Positions 8,825 to 19,403 are shown, numbered from the stretch's first letter. The stretch is DNA of 64,000 nt from an uncultured bacterium (GCA_903839725.1 CAIMDG010000001.1:235315-299314); one strand, 5' to 3'. Notes: generated by a model not told the origin, from the sequence alone. Translations and numbers: made by a program.

Positions 8825-8908
8825 TTATACCAACCTCCCCGCCTTAATCACATGCTCCACGAGGGTATACGTATAACATAGTTCATTATCGTACCACCTC
8901 AGCATCAT
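8825..8908 (-). pseudogene. remnant of a GAPDH C-terminus (WYDNELCYTYTLVEHVIKAGRLV*)
   Basis: The translated minus strand closely matches the last 24 codons of the intact gap gene at 9432..10463 (WYDNEMGYTYTLVEHVIAAGRLI*). The nucleotides are also similar. Confidence 0.7.
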
Positions 8909-9081
8909 GGACATATTTTATCACAATTTTAGAAAAAACTCCCCACGCTCACCTCTTGAAGATCCGAGGATTCAGATACTCAAGAGGTGGCGTGTTGGTG
9001 TTCTTATTTCGTTATCAAAGTACATTTAAATCATAAGACTATTCCTGATGAATAGCAAGAATACTCGGTACAAGAGTGAGG

Positions 9082-9423
9082 TTAAACAAAAAACTGAAAT
9101 CCGTAAGCTAATATTATCAATATATAGAATATTATCCTCACGATCGACCAGATCAAGCGATAGTTAGAGAAATTCTTTTTTGCAATCACAAGATAGGTTC
9201 CACAAATGAGAAGTATTATTGCAACCCCAACTATGTATAAATTGCTAGCACTTGCAGAAGATGCATGCCTATCGACTAGACCCAGATTTGCCAGCACAAA
9301 CATGAAGGGTACTTGTATTGCAGTTCCAACAAAAGGAATAGGAATAAGAGAAAGTATGATAAAAAAAGTACCAAATACTTTTTCTATTAAGAGAAATGGT
9401 GAATATAGTTTATTTTCATTCAT
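9082..9423 (-). CDS. membrane protein, hypothetical
   Basis: Four predicted TM segments. Confidence 0.4.
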   Translation of the reverse strand: MNENKLYSPFLLIEKVFGTFFIILSLIPIPFVGTAIQVPFMFVLANLGLVDRHASSASASNLYIVGVAIILLICGTYLVIAKKNFSNYRLIWSIVRIIFYILIILAYGFQFFV

Positions 9424-9431
9424 AGTATTAA

Positions 9432-10463
9432 TTAAATTAATCTACCTGCAGCAATAACATGTTCCACCAACGTATACGTATACCCCATCTCATTGTCATA
9501 CCACGCCAACACCTTGACCAAATTACCACCAACCACACGAGTCATTTCCAAATCAGCAATAGATGCGTGACGATTGCCAATGATATCATGTGAGACCAAT
9601 GGTTCTTCAGTAACTGTAAAAATATTTCTCCAACGATCCTGAGCTGCGGCTTTTTTGAGAAGAGTGTTAACTTCTTCTGCAGTTGTATCCTTCTTGGAAA
9701 TAAAGGTGATATCAACGATAGAACCGGTAATTACAGGAACTCGGATAGAAATACCATCAAACTTACCTTCGAGTTTCGGCATGATCTTGGTTACCGCTAT
9801 AGCGGCCCCTGTTGATGAAGGCACCATATTTTGTGCTGCAGCACGTCCTTCACGGAGATCTTTCTTCGATGGACCATCAACCAAAGCTTGCGAAGCAGTA
9901 TACGCATGAACCGTATTCAAGAGTGCTTTTTCGATACCAAGTGTCTCATCAAGAATAGCAATGAGTGGACTACCTGCATTCGTAGTACAAGAAGCATTTG
10001 AAGACACTTTGCATGTTTCGAGCTTGTCTTCATTCATAGACATGAGGATAGTCTCACTCTTTACCACAGCATCCGGAGCATCCTTGGTTGGAGCTGAAAC
10101 AACGACACGCTTTGCACCAGCGGTAATGTGAGCTTGAGCTTTATCTCCAGAAGTAAATAAACCAGTTGACTCGACTACAACATCAATGTCCATAGCTTTC
10201 CATGGAAGTTTGGTTGGATCCTTTTCACTCGTGAATTGAACTTCTGCCCCATCGATAATAAGAGAATGATTCTTTTCATTGATTGAAATATCAAATGAGC
10301 TCACACCATATGCAGTATCGTATTTGAGCAAATATGCCAAACTTTCGAGGCTTCCGAGGTCATTCACTGCAACGATCTCTATTTCATTACGCTGACGAGC
10401 AACTTTAAGGAATGCGCGACCGATACGACCAAACCCATTGATTGCTACACGTGTTTTTTTCAT
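9432..10463 (-). CDS. gap: glyceraldehyde-3-phosphate dehydrogenase, type I
   Basis: NGFGRIGR NAD-binding motif and SCTTN catalytic Cys. Confidence 0.95.
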   Translation of the reverse strand: MKKTRVAINGFGRIGRAFLKVARQRNEIEIVAVNDLGSLESLAYLLKYDTAYGVSSFDISINEKNHSLIIDGAEVQFTSEKDPTKLPWKAMDIDVVVESTGLFTSGDKAQAHITAGAKRVVVSAPTKDAPDAVVKSETILMSMNEDKLETCKVSSNASCTTNAGSPLIAILDETLGIEKALLNTVHAYTASQALVDGPSKKDLREGRAAAQNMVPSSTGAAIAVTKIMPKLEGKFDGISIRVPVITGSIVDITFISKKDTTAEEVNTLLKKAAAQDRWRNIFTVTEEPLVSHDIIGNRHASIADLEMTRVVGGNLVKVLAWYDNEMGYTYTLVEHVIAAGRLI

Positions 10464-10626
10464 ATAAAGATAATATTAGGCTAGTGGGTATATTTTAGCA
10501 TATGATTGCGACAAATAGCGCATCCTCAGTTATAGACAGTCTGCCCCTATATTTCTATAAGAAAGGTGCTAGACTAGATTTCGGATCGGTCTGGAATGGT
10601 TCCAGTACCAATACTCTTCAAAATCT

Positions 10627-11067
10627 ATGTCAAAAAAGTTTGTCTCTCACCAAACGGACATTGTTGAAACGGTGCTCAAAAGACTCAAAAATATTTGGGC
10701 ACAGAGTAAATCTCTTCGACTGGTTCATTACCAACGAATTTCCAACAAAACAGTTGGGCTCGAAGGTATCAATCGAGCATTCGACATCAAACTTGCCGGT
10801 GGACAAAGGCTCAAACTTGCTGTTCTTGATTCCTGGAATCAACACGACGATTTATTGAGACAATGCAAGGCGCGTGACGAATTTATTCCGCTCCTCGTTG
10901 ACACGGGTCACGAAAAAGAAGAGACGCTAATTGAGATGCTACTCGCTTTGTTTCGCAGTGCGGCCAAATTCATCAAACGCCACATTCGTAAGCATCGCCA
11001 CGTTCGTCCAGGACGTTCGACGGACAACTACATCCAACAGAATCATGCGCCATGCATGGCACACTGA
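10627..11067 (+). CDS. hypothetical protein
   Basis: ORF with an intrinsic terminator hairpin at about 11087..11120. No domain recognised. Overlapping alternative ORFs exist. Confidence 0.3.
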   Translation: MSKKFVSHQTDIVETVLKRLKNIWAQSKSLRLVHYQRISNKTVGLEGINRAFDIKLAGGQRLKLAVLDSWNQHDDLLRQCKARDEFIPLLVDTGHEKEETLIEMLLALFRSAAKFIKRHIRKHRHVRPGRSTDNYIQQNHAPCMAH

Positions 11068-11136
11068 CACTTTCACCAAAAACCAAAGCGGGCCCTTCAC
11101 AGAGTGCGCTTTTTCATATCAATAGTTATATAAAAT

Positions 11137-12192
11137 CTACTTTTTTTTCGAATAACTCTGCGCCAATTTCTTCACCAATCCTGGACCTTCGAAGATCATT
11201 CCTGAAATAAGCTGTACCAGATCAGCGCCAGCATCAAACTTTTCTTTGGCGGTTTCTGGCGACATCACACCACCGACTCCAATAATAGTGAGGGATTTTC
11301 CATATACTTCACGAGTCTTGTAAATCAAATCTGTTGAAAGGTGCGTACAAGGCTTACCAGAAAGACCACCCTTATATGCAACGGGTGCTTCTTCGCGAAC
11401 ATCGAGCCATGAATAATCTTTATTGAGATTTCCAATCACTACCCCTTTCAATTTGTGAGCAACAATCACTTTTAGTAGAGCATTGAAATTATCCCACGGT
11501 AAATTGATCGGCATTTTTATATATACCGGCTTCGAACATGGAATGGTTGCAAGTGCGGATAGCAAACGCTCCAATAATTGAGGTTCAGAAAATGATTCAC
11601 CACCAAATGCATTTGGGCATGAAATATTGATCGTATAATAATCTCCGACTCCCTCTTCATTCAAGCGCTTGAATGAATATACGTAATCCTCTATACCAGC
11701 TTGAATCGGCACAGATTGTGCATCATTGGTGCGAGCAATCGAAACTCCTACAACAAAACTTCGTTTCTTTGTGCTATGTACACCTCTACGCTTGAGTCTT
11801 GCAATAATTGCATCAACACCTTCATTTCTTAATCCCTTATTCACCAAAATACTTTTTGATTCAAGTAATCGAGTCAAACGTGGCTTGGCATTACCTTCGC
11901 ATGCACGTGCAGTAACGGAACCAACCTCTTCACCGCCGAAACCGATATGTGACAATATGCGACTCAATCGGCCGTTATAATCAAAGCCAGCAGAAAGTAA
12001 GAATGGCGTGCGATATGTAATACCATCAATTGTCTTCGAAATATCACGGCCATGATACCCATATACGAAACCGATCAAGCCCCGAGTTACTGGGTTAGTA
12101 CCAAAAAATTCACCACACGAAACAAAAAAATCATGTACAACCTCTGGGTCAAATTTAAATAGAAGCGGTTTGAGGAAATGTGTATACAACAT
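11137..12192 (-). CDS. pyrD: dihydroorotate dehydrogenase (quinone), class 2
   Basis: N-terminal membrane-association helix and the class-2 DHODH TIM-barrel sequence. Confidence 0.85.
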   Translation of the reverse strand: MLYTHFLKPLLFKFDPEVVHDFFVSCGEFFGTNPVTRGLIGFVYGYHGRDISKTIDGITYRTPFLLSAGFDYNGRLSRILSHIGFGGEEVGSVTARACEGNAKPRLTRLLESKSILVNKGLRNEGVDAIIARLKRRGVHSTKKRSFVVGVSIARTNDAQSVPIQAGIEDYVYSFKRLNEEGVGDYYTINISCPNAFGGESFSEPQLLERLLSALATIPCSKPVYIKMPINLPWDNFNALLKVIVAHKLKGVVIGNLNKDYSWLDVREEAPVAYKGGLSGKPCTHLSTDLIYKTREVYGKSLTIIGVGGVMSPETAKEKFDAGADLVQLISGMIFEGPGLVKKLAQSYSKKK

Positions 12193-12249
12193 ATGTCGAT
12201 ATAATATATCATATAAATGCGTTATACTATGTCACATATCTACTAATTT

Positions 12250-12861
12250 ATGGATCAACTGCCTAACATCGCCAATTGGATTATTCATTTTGGAACAGCT
12301 CATGAATACCTCGTCTATCTCCTCATAGTTGTTGTGGCCTGTGCCGAAGGACCATGGATCTCATTGATTCTCGGTGTTTTGCTTCGACTAGGATTCTTCT
12401 ACTTCTGGCCAATATACATAGCACTCATGCTTGGTGATCTTATCGGTGATGTTATCTGGTATTACATTGGGAGAAGATACGGACATTCATTTATTGGTAA
12501 ACATGGGCATCGTTTCAGTATTACGGAAGCAGGAGTTGAACGTATGACTCATTTGTTCCACAAACACAAAGATGTTGTATTATTCCTCTCAAAGATTTCA
12601 AACGGTCTTGGTTTTGCTATTGTCACTCTCATGACTGCAGGAATGATCAAAGTACCTTTTGGTAGATATATTCTGGTCAACATGATTGGACAACTCGCTT
12701 GGACCGGATTCTTACTCGGTGCTGGTTACTTCTTTAGTAATCTATACATAACGATTGACAATGTACTTGGTAAAATATCAATTACCGCGGTTATTATAAT
12801 TCTCGTCTATTTCGGCTATAAATACTTCAAAACACTTAAAGCTAAAGCTCAAAATTTGTAA
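12250..12861 (+). CDS. DedA/VTT-domain membrane protein
   Basis: GDLIGDVIWYYIGRRYG and LSKISNGLGFAIVTL motifs typical of DedA. Confidence 0.6.
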   Translation: MDQLPNIANWIIHFGTAHEYLVYLLIVVVACAEGPWISLILGVLLRLGFFYFWPIYIALMLGDLIGDVIWYYIGRRYGHSFIGKHGHRFSITEAGVERMTHLFHKHKDVVLFLSKISNGLGFAIVTLMTAGMIKVPFGRYILVNMIGQLAWTGFLLGAGYFFSNLYITIDNVLGKISITAVIIILVYFGYKYFKTLKAKAQNL

Positions 12862-12870
12862 TTCACTTAT

Positions 12871-13584
12871 ATGATCTCTATTATTATTCCTACATATAAC
12901 GAAGAGAAGTACATTGAAAAAAGTCTTGCGTGCTTTAAAGAAAAAATGACTATTCCTCATGAAATAATTATTTGTGATGATAGAAGTACAGACGCAACAG
13001 CTGAAATTGCGAGAGAATATACTGACAAAGTCATTGTAGCTGACATAAAACATCCAACAATAGCCGCGAATCGAAACGCTGGAGCAACATCTGCTCGTGG
13101 TGACATATTCGTCTTCATGGACGGAGATAGCTTCATCGAAAACCCTGATGTATTTTTCACACGTGCACTTCATCATTTTGATGATCCTAAAATTGTGGCT
13201 GTAACTGGGGCACTCAACATTTTTCCACACGTAAAAACATCGAGTGACATTGTTATGTATGCAATTTTTAATTTTGTACACTACGTAAAAAATAATATAT
13301 TACATAGTGGTGAATCATCTGGAAAATTTCAAATGATACGTAAAAGTGCTTTTGAAAAAGTAGGAGGCTTTCCTGACCTAGTTACTCGTGAAGATGCTCT
13401 TATGTTCAAAAAATTAGCAAAAATTGGCCGAACAGTGTATGACAATAATCTTGTAATTCTTCACAACGGAAGACGTGCACACAAGTATGGATGGCCAAAA
13501 TTATTGAGTATTTGGGTAGTGGAAACTCTCTGGGTAGCGTTCTTCAAGAAAACCTTAATTAAAGAATGGACCGCAGTCCGATAA
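12871..13584 (+). CDS. glycosyltransferase family 2
   Basis: IIIPTYNEE start and a DxD-containing GT-A fold. Confidence 0.75.
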   Translation: MISIIIPTYNEEKYIEKSLACFKEKMTIPHEIIICDDRSTDATAEIAREYTDKVIVADIKHPTIAANRNAGATSARGDIFVFMDGDSFIENPDVFFTRALHHFDDPKIVAVTGALNIFPHVKTSSDIVMYAIFNFVHYVKNNILHSGESSGKFQMIRKSAFEKVGGFPDLVTREDALMFKKLAKIGRTVYDNNLVILHNGRRAHKYGWPKLLSIWVVETLWVAFFKKTLIKEWTAVR

Positions 13585-13591
13585 TACATAT

Positions 13592-14290
13592 ATGAAAGCC
13601 TCTGTCGTCATTCCTGCACATAATGAAGAACAAAATCTAGCTCACACTATTCGAGCAGTTTTGGCACAAGACTACCCAAACTTTGAGGTTATTGTAGTAA
13701 ACAATGCAAGTATAGATGCAACTGAATCAATTGCACGTTCATTCCCTGTCATCGTAGTAAATGAGACTCGAAAAGGCTTGCTATGGGCACGTGAAGCAGG
13801 CCGAATAGCTGCCACGGGAGATATTATCATCAATATTGATGCGGACTGTCTCCCTGAAACAGATTGGCTCTCTCGAGGAATGGCACATTTCAAGAAAGAT
13901 CACATTGTCGCAGTAACTGGGCCATACGACTATCATGATGGCGGATTCTTTTTCAGGAATAGTTCACTGATCACTCAAAAATACATATATAAATTGATGA
14001 GTCTTGCATTGCAAGCTCCTGGTATCAAAAAAGGTGCAGTACTTATTGGTGGCAATAATTTCATACGCTCACATGTCTTGAACAAAGCTGGTGGCTATAC
14101 CACATCGATCCTTTTCTATGGAGAAGATACTGACACTGCAAAGAAGATCGCAGAGCACGGTAAAGTTGTATTCAATCCATCACTTCACATGAAGACCTCG
14201 GCTCGAAGATTCAAATCAGAAGGTACTATCCATCTGATGCTCAAATATTGGTATCATTTCTTCAAAACAATATTTGGTAACAAAAAATAA
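13592..14290 (+). CDS. glycosyltransferase family 2
   Basis: VVIPAHNEE start and IDADC DxD motif. Tandem with the previous GT2. Confidence 0.75.
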   Translation: MKASVVIPAHNEEQNLAHTIRAVLAQDYPNFEVIVVNNASIDATESIARSFPVIVVNETRKGLLWAREAGRIAATGDIIINIDADCLPETDWLSRGMAHFKKDHIVAVTGPYDYHDGGFFFRNSSLITQKYIYKLMSLALQAPGIKKGAVLIGGNNFIRSHVLNKAGGYTTSILFYGEDTDTAKKIAEHGKVVFNPSLHMKTSARRFKSEGTIHLMLKYWYHFFKTIFGNKK

Positions 14291-14312
14291 AACCGCTTTC
14301 CGCGGTTTTATT
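14290..14312. terminator. bidirectional terminator aaaaccgc-tttcc-gcggtttt
   Basis: Perfect 8-bp stem with flanking A- and T-runs. Confidence 0.6.
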
Positions 14313-14329
14313 TACTATATGTAGACTAT

Positions 14330-15139
14330 CTATTTTTTTGTTGAAGAAGCCATGCTTGTTGATTCAACTGGAGCAGTAATTCCTTTCAGATTATTCTTGA
14401 TGATCTCAATATCTTTGCGTGCGGCGACCAAATCTTGTTGTGCGGCTTGGATCTTTGTTCTTGCATCCTGCAATGCCGTCTTATTTGCATACAATGTACC
14501 TCTATCCTTTATTTCGGAGGTGAGTTTCGTAACAATATCAGTTGCCGCATTCGCTTGAGTTGTTGCATCAGCCAATTTTGCTTTGAAATCAGAAAGGGTT
14601 GATTGCAAACTACTCTTACCAGCAATGCGACTTTCAAGTTTTACTCCTATAGCATTCATCATTGAGACAACTGTTCCTACACGATCAGCTGCGGCGAGAA
14701 CTTGAATCTTGGGAACAACGAGAGCAAAAATTCGAGTTGAAATGAGTGATTCTGACGCATCTTGATTTGATGTGGAAGTCGAAGTTGTAGTGGACATCTT
14801 CGTCTTGAATGAATCAAGAACAGTCATGTCATTCTGCAATTCAGTGATCAAAGAGGTTCTATTGGCATCAGAAATATTTTTCATATTCTGAATGCGTAAA
14901 ATGAGTGCCTGTATGCCCGCTTTACGAGCATCAACAGTGCTCGCTTCACGTTCCTGTGTTTTCTCGATACGCTGTATAGTAGTTGTTGCCACTACTGACC
15001 GTTCACTATTACTTACATTTACTGATTCGGACTTCATCCCTTTGACAGGCGTTGCGGCTTGAGAAAATGCAGGAATCAATATTGATGCAATGGCGACACT
15101 GGTAACTATTGTTGTAACACTTTTTGTATAGAATTTCAT
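14330..15139 (-). CDS. secreted coiled-coil protein with signal peptide
   Basis: N-terminal signal peptide (ASILIPAFSQA), Ser/Thr-rich linker and long heptad-like repeats. Confidence 0.5.
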   Translation of the reverse strand: MKFYTKSVTTIVTSVAIASILIPAFSQAATPVKGMKSESVNVSNSERSVVATTTIQRIEKTQEREASTVDARKAGIQALILRIQNMKNISDANRTSLITELQNDMTVLDSFKTKMSTTTSTSTSNQDASESLISTRIFALVVPKIQVLAAADRVGTVVSMMNAIGVKLESRIAGKSSLQSTLSDFKAKLADATTQANAATDIVTKLTSEIKDRGTLYANKTALQDARTKIQAAQQDLVAARKDIEIIKNNLKGITAPVESTSMASSTKK

Positions 15140-15161
15140 AGAATGTGTATTAGACTGATAA

Positions 15162-15422
15162 TTATTGGATGGCCTGACTTACATTCGAAGCATCAATATT
15201 GAGACGATTTAGCTGAGCATCGATAGCAGTCGTATCTTGATCAAGTCCTTGATTTGATGAATTCGCCGCTGAACTCATAGCAGGTACATCTTTATCAAAT
15301 GTATTCTGATGGTTTGAAATTGCAGGAACAACATTACTTGGACTCATGAAAGCGATGATTGCGAGAACGATTACAATCACAACTACTACAACACTTATGA
15401 TTATTTTTGTATTTTTAGACAT
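15162..15422 (-). CDS. small membrane-anchored protein
   Basis: One TM segment (IIISVVVVVIVIVLAIIAF). Confidence 0.4.
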   Translation of the reverse strand: MSKNTKIIISVVVVVIVIVLAIIAFMSPSNVVPAISNHQNTFDKDVPAMSSAANSSNQGLDQDTTAIDAQLNRLNIDASNVSQAIQ

Positions 15423-15541
15423 AGAGATATGTAAACTACTAATAAATTATGTAGGATAATTATATCACCTATAGAGAATCTCGACTATACAACAAAAAAG
15501 GCATTGAAATGCCTTTTTTGTACAATGTTTGAATAATTGTA

Positions 15542-16963
15542 TTAAACGAATGTAAGTGCCTTACCTGTCTTATTCGCACGGCCGGTACGACCAATACGGT
15601 GAACATAGTCATCATATGTCGCAGGAAGATCATAGTTGATCACATGACTCACACCTGAAATATCGAGACCGCGAGCAGCCACATCTGTAGCCACAAGAAT
15701 CTTTGAATGATGGTCTTTGAAAAGCTTCAATGCTTTCTGGCGTTGACCATGACTCTTATTACCGTGAATGGATTCAGCAGCAAACCCACGTGAACGAAGT
15801 GTCTCTGAGAGACGCTCCACGCCGTGTTTTGTTTTACCAAAAATGATAACTTTGTCGAATTCTGGTTTTGCGAGAAGTTCATACAACACATCATTCTTGG
15901 TCTTTCCGCCAGGGACGCGAATAATATCTTGATCGATACGATCAGATGTATCCTGTGTTTTTACAGAAATAGATACTGGAGTTTTCAAGAATTCAGAAAT
16001 CAATGTTTTGATCTCATCTGACATTGTCGCTGAGAAAAAGAGTGTGTGCTTTTCCTTTGGCATACGAGATACCATGTAACGAATATCTGCAATGAATCCC
16101 ATATCAAGCATACGATCAGCTTCATCGAGAACGATGGTGCTGTATTCTGCAAGACGGATCTTATTGCGCTCTATAAGGTCACGCAAACGACCCGGAGTTC
16201 CAATTACTACATTGAATGAACGTGAAAGAGCGGCCATTTGAGGACCAATACTTGCACCACCGACACAACAGACTGCCCACATACCGAGATGAGGAGCAAA
16301 GCCCTTGAATTCTGTTTCAATCTGGATTGCCAATTCACGAGTAGGAACAACAACGATAATCTTTTGTTTTGGGTTCGCAAGTAATTTGTTTATAAGTGGA
16401 ATGAGAAATGCTGCTGTCTTACCTGTTCCAGTATTTGCAATGCCAACAACATCTGATCCGCGGAGAATGTGAGGAATGATCTTATCTTGAATCGGTGTTG
16501 GTACGAGATATCCACGACCAAGAATATTTTTCTTGAGACGTTCATCGATCATGAAATCTGTAAATTTGTGTTCAGGTACGAATACTTCTGACTGTTCAGT
16601 AATAACAGCTTTCTTGATAAATTTAGAAATATCAATACGTTGAGAGAAGCCTCCACGACCTCCGCGCGAACCTCCTCCACGACCACCACTAAAACCACCA
16701 CGATTGTATGATGGCTTTGAATGAGATGCGCCTTTATATCCACTTGAAGATGGACGATCTCCATGAGATCCGGTACTGCTACGACCCTTATAGCCACCTG
16801 TATGAGGCTTAGAAAAACGACTTGGGGCTGAAGCTCCAGGGGTTGATATAGAATTGAATTTTCGTGCTGCGAATGGGCGTGAATGAGCGGAGCTACGAGC
16901 TACGGTATTTTTATGCCCAAGATACTTACCGCCAGAAACTGGCTTATGGTGTTTGTGTTCCAT
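15542..16963 (-). CDS. DEAD-box ATP-dependent RNA helicase with N-terminal RGG/low-complexity region
   Basis: Q-motif, GTGKT Walker A, VLDEAD, SAT and HRIGRTGR motifs. Confidence 0.9.
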   Translation of the reverse strand: MEHKHHKPVSGGKYLGHKNTVARSSAHSRPFAARKFNSISTPGASAPSRFSKPHTGGYKGRSSTGSHGDRPSSSGYKGASHSKPSYNRGGFSGGRGGGSRGGRGGFSQRIDISKFIKKAVITEQSEVFVPEHKFTDFMIDERLKKNILGRGYLVPTPIQDKIIPHILRGSDVVGIANTGTGKTAAFLIPLINKLLANPKQKIIVVVPTRELAIQIETEFKGFAPHLGMWAVCCVGGASIGPQMAALSRSFNVVIGTPGRLRDLIERNKIRLAEYSTIVLDEADRMLDMGFIADIRYMVSRMPKEKHTLFFSATMSDEIKTLISEFLKTPVSISVKTQDTSDRIDQDIIRVPGGKTKNDVLYELLAKPEFDKVIIFGKTKHGVERLSETLRSRGFAAESIHGNKSHGQRQKALKLFKDHHSKILVATDVAARGLDISGVSHVINYDLPATYDDYVHRIGRTGRANKTGKALTFV

Positions 16964-17190
16964 TATATTATTGTAGGGCGCATATAGCGGCCCAATTACT
17001 GTCTTTATCCCCCGAGACGGCCTATTTCAAAGACAGTAAGGAGATTCTTATTAAGACTAGAATTATATACTATCTGTTTGAAAAAGTCAAATATGATATC
17101 TGCATGGTATTCAAAATTATGCTTGACATACAGCACTACTCGCTATACATTTCTAAATGACAGCACAAACCCTTAACCACATATTTAGAT

Positions 17191-17358
17191 ATGAATACAG
17201 AAGACCACGAAGATCAGATGCGTAAACGTCGTTTTTACCTCTTCATCGCCACCATTATTTTGATGTTTATTTTGGCGACAACGATTAGCAACATCGGCAA
17301 AAAAGGCAACTTCAATGACGGCGTGAGCACTGTTCAAACCAACGCGCCGGCCAAATAA
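17191..17358 (+). CDS. small membrane protein (55 aa), not in the ORF track
   Basis: ATG ... TAA ORF encoding a basic N-terminus plus one TM helix (FYLFIATIILMFILATT). A strong terminator follows at 17380..17409. Confidence 0.4.
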   Translation: MNTEDHEDQMRKRRFYLFIATIILMFILATTISNIGKKGNFNDGVSTVQTNAPAK

Positions 17359-17379
17359 TTCTAGCCACCATCAACCCCT

Positions 17380-17409
17380 GCACTCCGCCCTTCGCGGAGC
17401 GCTTTTTTT
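17380..17409 (+). terminator. rho-independent terminator gcactccgc-ccttc-gcggagcgc + TTTTTTT
   Basis: 9-bp stem with one mismatch, followed by T7. Confidence 0.7.
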
Positions 17410-17453
17410 CTACAAACTAGATAATCAACAAACTTATAGGATATAATTCACAC

Positions 17454-18179
17454 ATGATTGACCTTATATCCTGTACAAGCAAGCAAGAAGCTTCATTTCT
17501 AGCTAGTATGGAATTAAGTTCCCTACTTGGTGAACTGAAGAAAAATCAACAACCAACCTTACTACTTCTATCTGGAGGATCAGCTTTTTCACTCACTGAA
17601 ACTATAGATGGAAGTGCGCTTGGAAATCACATGACAATCGGTGTCCTGGATGAACGCTATAGTGCAGATCCAGCGATAAACAATTTTAGCCAACTCATCA
17701 CAACAAAACTCTACACGGCAGGAGTTGCTACTGGTTGCTCTTTTATTGATACTCGAATACAACACAACGAATCGCAACAAGAACTATCAGTACGATTCGG
17801 CACAGCTCTCAAAGAATGGAGAAAAGCATATCCACAAGGAACAATACTTATTACACAAGGCATTGGACCAGATGGTCATACTTCAGGAGTACTTCCATTC
17901 CCTGAAAATCCCGTCCTATTCAAGACATTGTTTGAAAATTCTGATTCATGGACCGCTGCATATGATGCGACTGGAAAGAACCAGTACGCACTGCGTGTGA
18001 CGACCACACTTTCATTTCTCAAAGAAGTTACTGCTTCAATTGTATTTGTATGTGGAACAGACAAGACCGAGGCTCTCAAAAAGGCTCTCAACCCAGAAAG
18101 TGTACCCGAAATTACTCCCGCACGAATCATTCAGGACATGAAGCACGTCTCTATCTTTACAGATATCAAACTTCAATAG
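17454..18179 (+). CDS. pgl: 6-phosphogluconolactonase
   Basis: GIGPDGHTSGVLP motif of the 6PGL/NagB fold. It converges on a 6PGDH-like gene. Confidence 0.75.
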   Translation: MIDLISCTSKQEASFLASMELSSLLGELKKNQQPTLLLLSGGSAFSLTETIDGSALGNHMTIGVLDERYSADPAINNFSQLITTKLYTAGVATGCSFIDTRIQHNESQQELSVRFGTALKEWRKAYPQGTILITQGIGPDGHTSGVLPFPENPVLFKTLFENSDSWTAAYDATGKNQYALRVTTTLSFLKEVTASIVFVCGTDKTEALKKALNPESVPEITPARIIQDMKHVSIFTDIKLQ

Positions 18180-18209
18180 ATACTAAATTTGAGAGTGGAA
18201 GTTTTCTAA

Positions 18210-19169
18210 CTACTTTTTACTTGTACCTTTTACCTTTTTACTTGACCCTCCGTGAATCGCATGTCCCCCAAACTGCTTGCGAAGAAGTGCAACTATTTTA
18301 TTTGAATATTTTTGCTGATTCTTTGGATCCACTGATTCAGTTCTTACTTTGAGAGAATCTTCGATGACACGAACATCAATACCAAATTCTTTGGCAGTTT
18401 TAATAGTCCACTCAGCTTCCCCATTTGAATCAATTTTTCCTGATGTATTCTTGATATCTTCGTCAGCAAAAATATTTGCACAGAGGTCTATAAGCCATGA
18501 ACGTACAACAGATCCCTTTTGATAGACACGTGTTACATCAGCCAAGTTGAGCTTGAATGGACTCGCTTCGAGTACCGCATATCCTTCACCAATAGCTTCC
18601 ATCATGCCGTATTCGATACCATTGTGGACCATCTTGGTGAAGTGACCGGCACCCGTTGTACCAAGATATGCGTAGTTATCACCTGCAGAAAGCGCCTTGA
18701 ATATTGGCTCAACGATAGGCCACTTTGCTTTGGGGCCGCCGATCATCAGTGCAAAACCATTCTTCTCACCCCATACGCCGCCTGATGTACCAGAATCAAA
18801 GAAATGAATACCTCTCTTGGCGAGAAGTGCTCCACGACGAACTGACTCCTTGTAATATGAATTACCTCCATCAATCACAATGTCACCTTTCTTGAGATAT
18901 TTACCGAGATATTCTTTTCCAAAGATAAATTCCTCAGTGAAAGCATGTGGAAGCATAACCCAGAATATTCGTGGACTCTGTGAGTGCATCTTCACCGCTT
19001 CATCCAAATCTGACGTTGCCCAAATTCCTAACTTTTTCATTTCAGTCACAGGTTCAGCCGAACGATTCCAAGCATGAACTGCAAAATCAGCTTTATGTAA
19101 TCTGCGAGCAATCTGTGCGCCCATGCGACCAAGACCAAAAATGGTAATTGAAGGGTGTGTGTTTTTCAT
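18210..19169 (-). CDS. gnd: 6-phosphogluconate dehydrogenase, decarboxylating, short (YqeC-type) form
   Basis: IFGLGRMG Rossmann start and the 6PGDH NAD-binding and C-terminal domains. 319 aa. Confidence 0.8.
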   Translation of the reverse strand: MKNTHPSITIFGLGRMGAQIARRLHKADFAVHAWNRSAEPVTEMKKLGIWATSDLDEAVKMHSQSPRIFWVMLPHAFTEEFIFGKEYLGKYLKKGDIVIDGGNSYYKESVRRGALLAKRGIHFFDSGTSGGVWGEKNGFALMIGGPKAKWPIVEPIFKALSAGDNYAYLGTTGAGHFTKMVHNGIEYGMMEAIGEGYAVLEASPFKLNLADVTRVYQKGSVVRSWLIDLCANIFADEDIKNTSGKIDSNGEAEWTIKTAKEFGIDVRVIEDSLKVRTESVDPKNQQKYSNKIVALLRKQFGGHAIHGGSSKKVKGTSKK

Positions 19170-19197
19170 GAGATTTAGTATATATCATTATGTCTAT

Positions 19198-19347
19198 TTA
19201 TCCACCATTTTCAAAATTATCAATACATTCTGGATACACGCAATTAGAGCTCGGAATTACTTTATTATAGTTATAGTAATAGACAGCAATAATAGAGATT
19301 ATCACAACAAAAATTACGATCCCTAATATTATTTTTTTGAATTTCAT
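19198..19347 (-). CDS. small signal-anchor protein (49 aa)
   Basis: MKFKKIILGIVIFVVIISIIAVYYY... reads directly upstream of gnd. Below the ORF-track threshold. Confidence 0.25.
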   Translation of the reverse strand: MKFKKIILGIVIFVVIISIIAVYYYNYNKVIPSSNCVYPECIDNFENGG

Positions 19348-19403
19348 ACATATATTATACTACTAACAAAAAAGCTCGTCACCCAATGAGTGACGAGCAC
19401 GAA

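Noticed and set aside
12778-13281. 167-aa minus-strand ORF overlapping the first GT2 gene
   Set aside because: It is antisense to a gene with clear GT2 motifs and is Cys/Phe-rich, so it is spurious.
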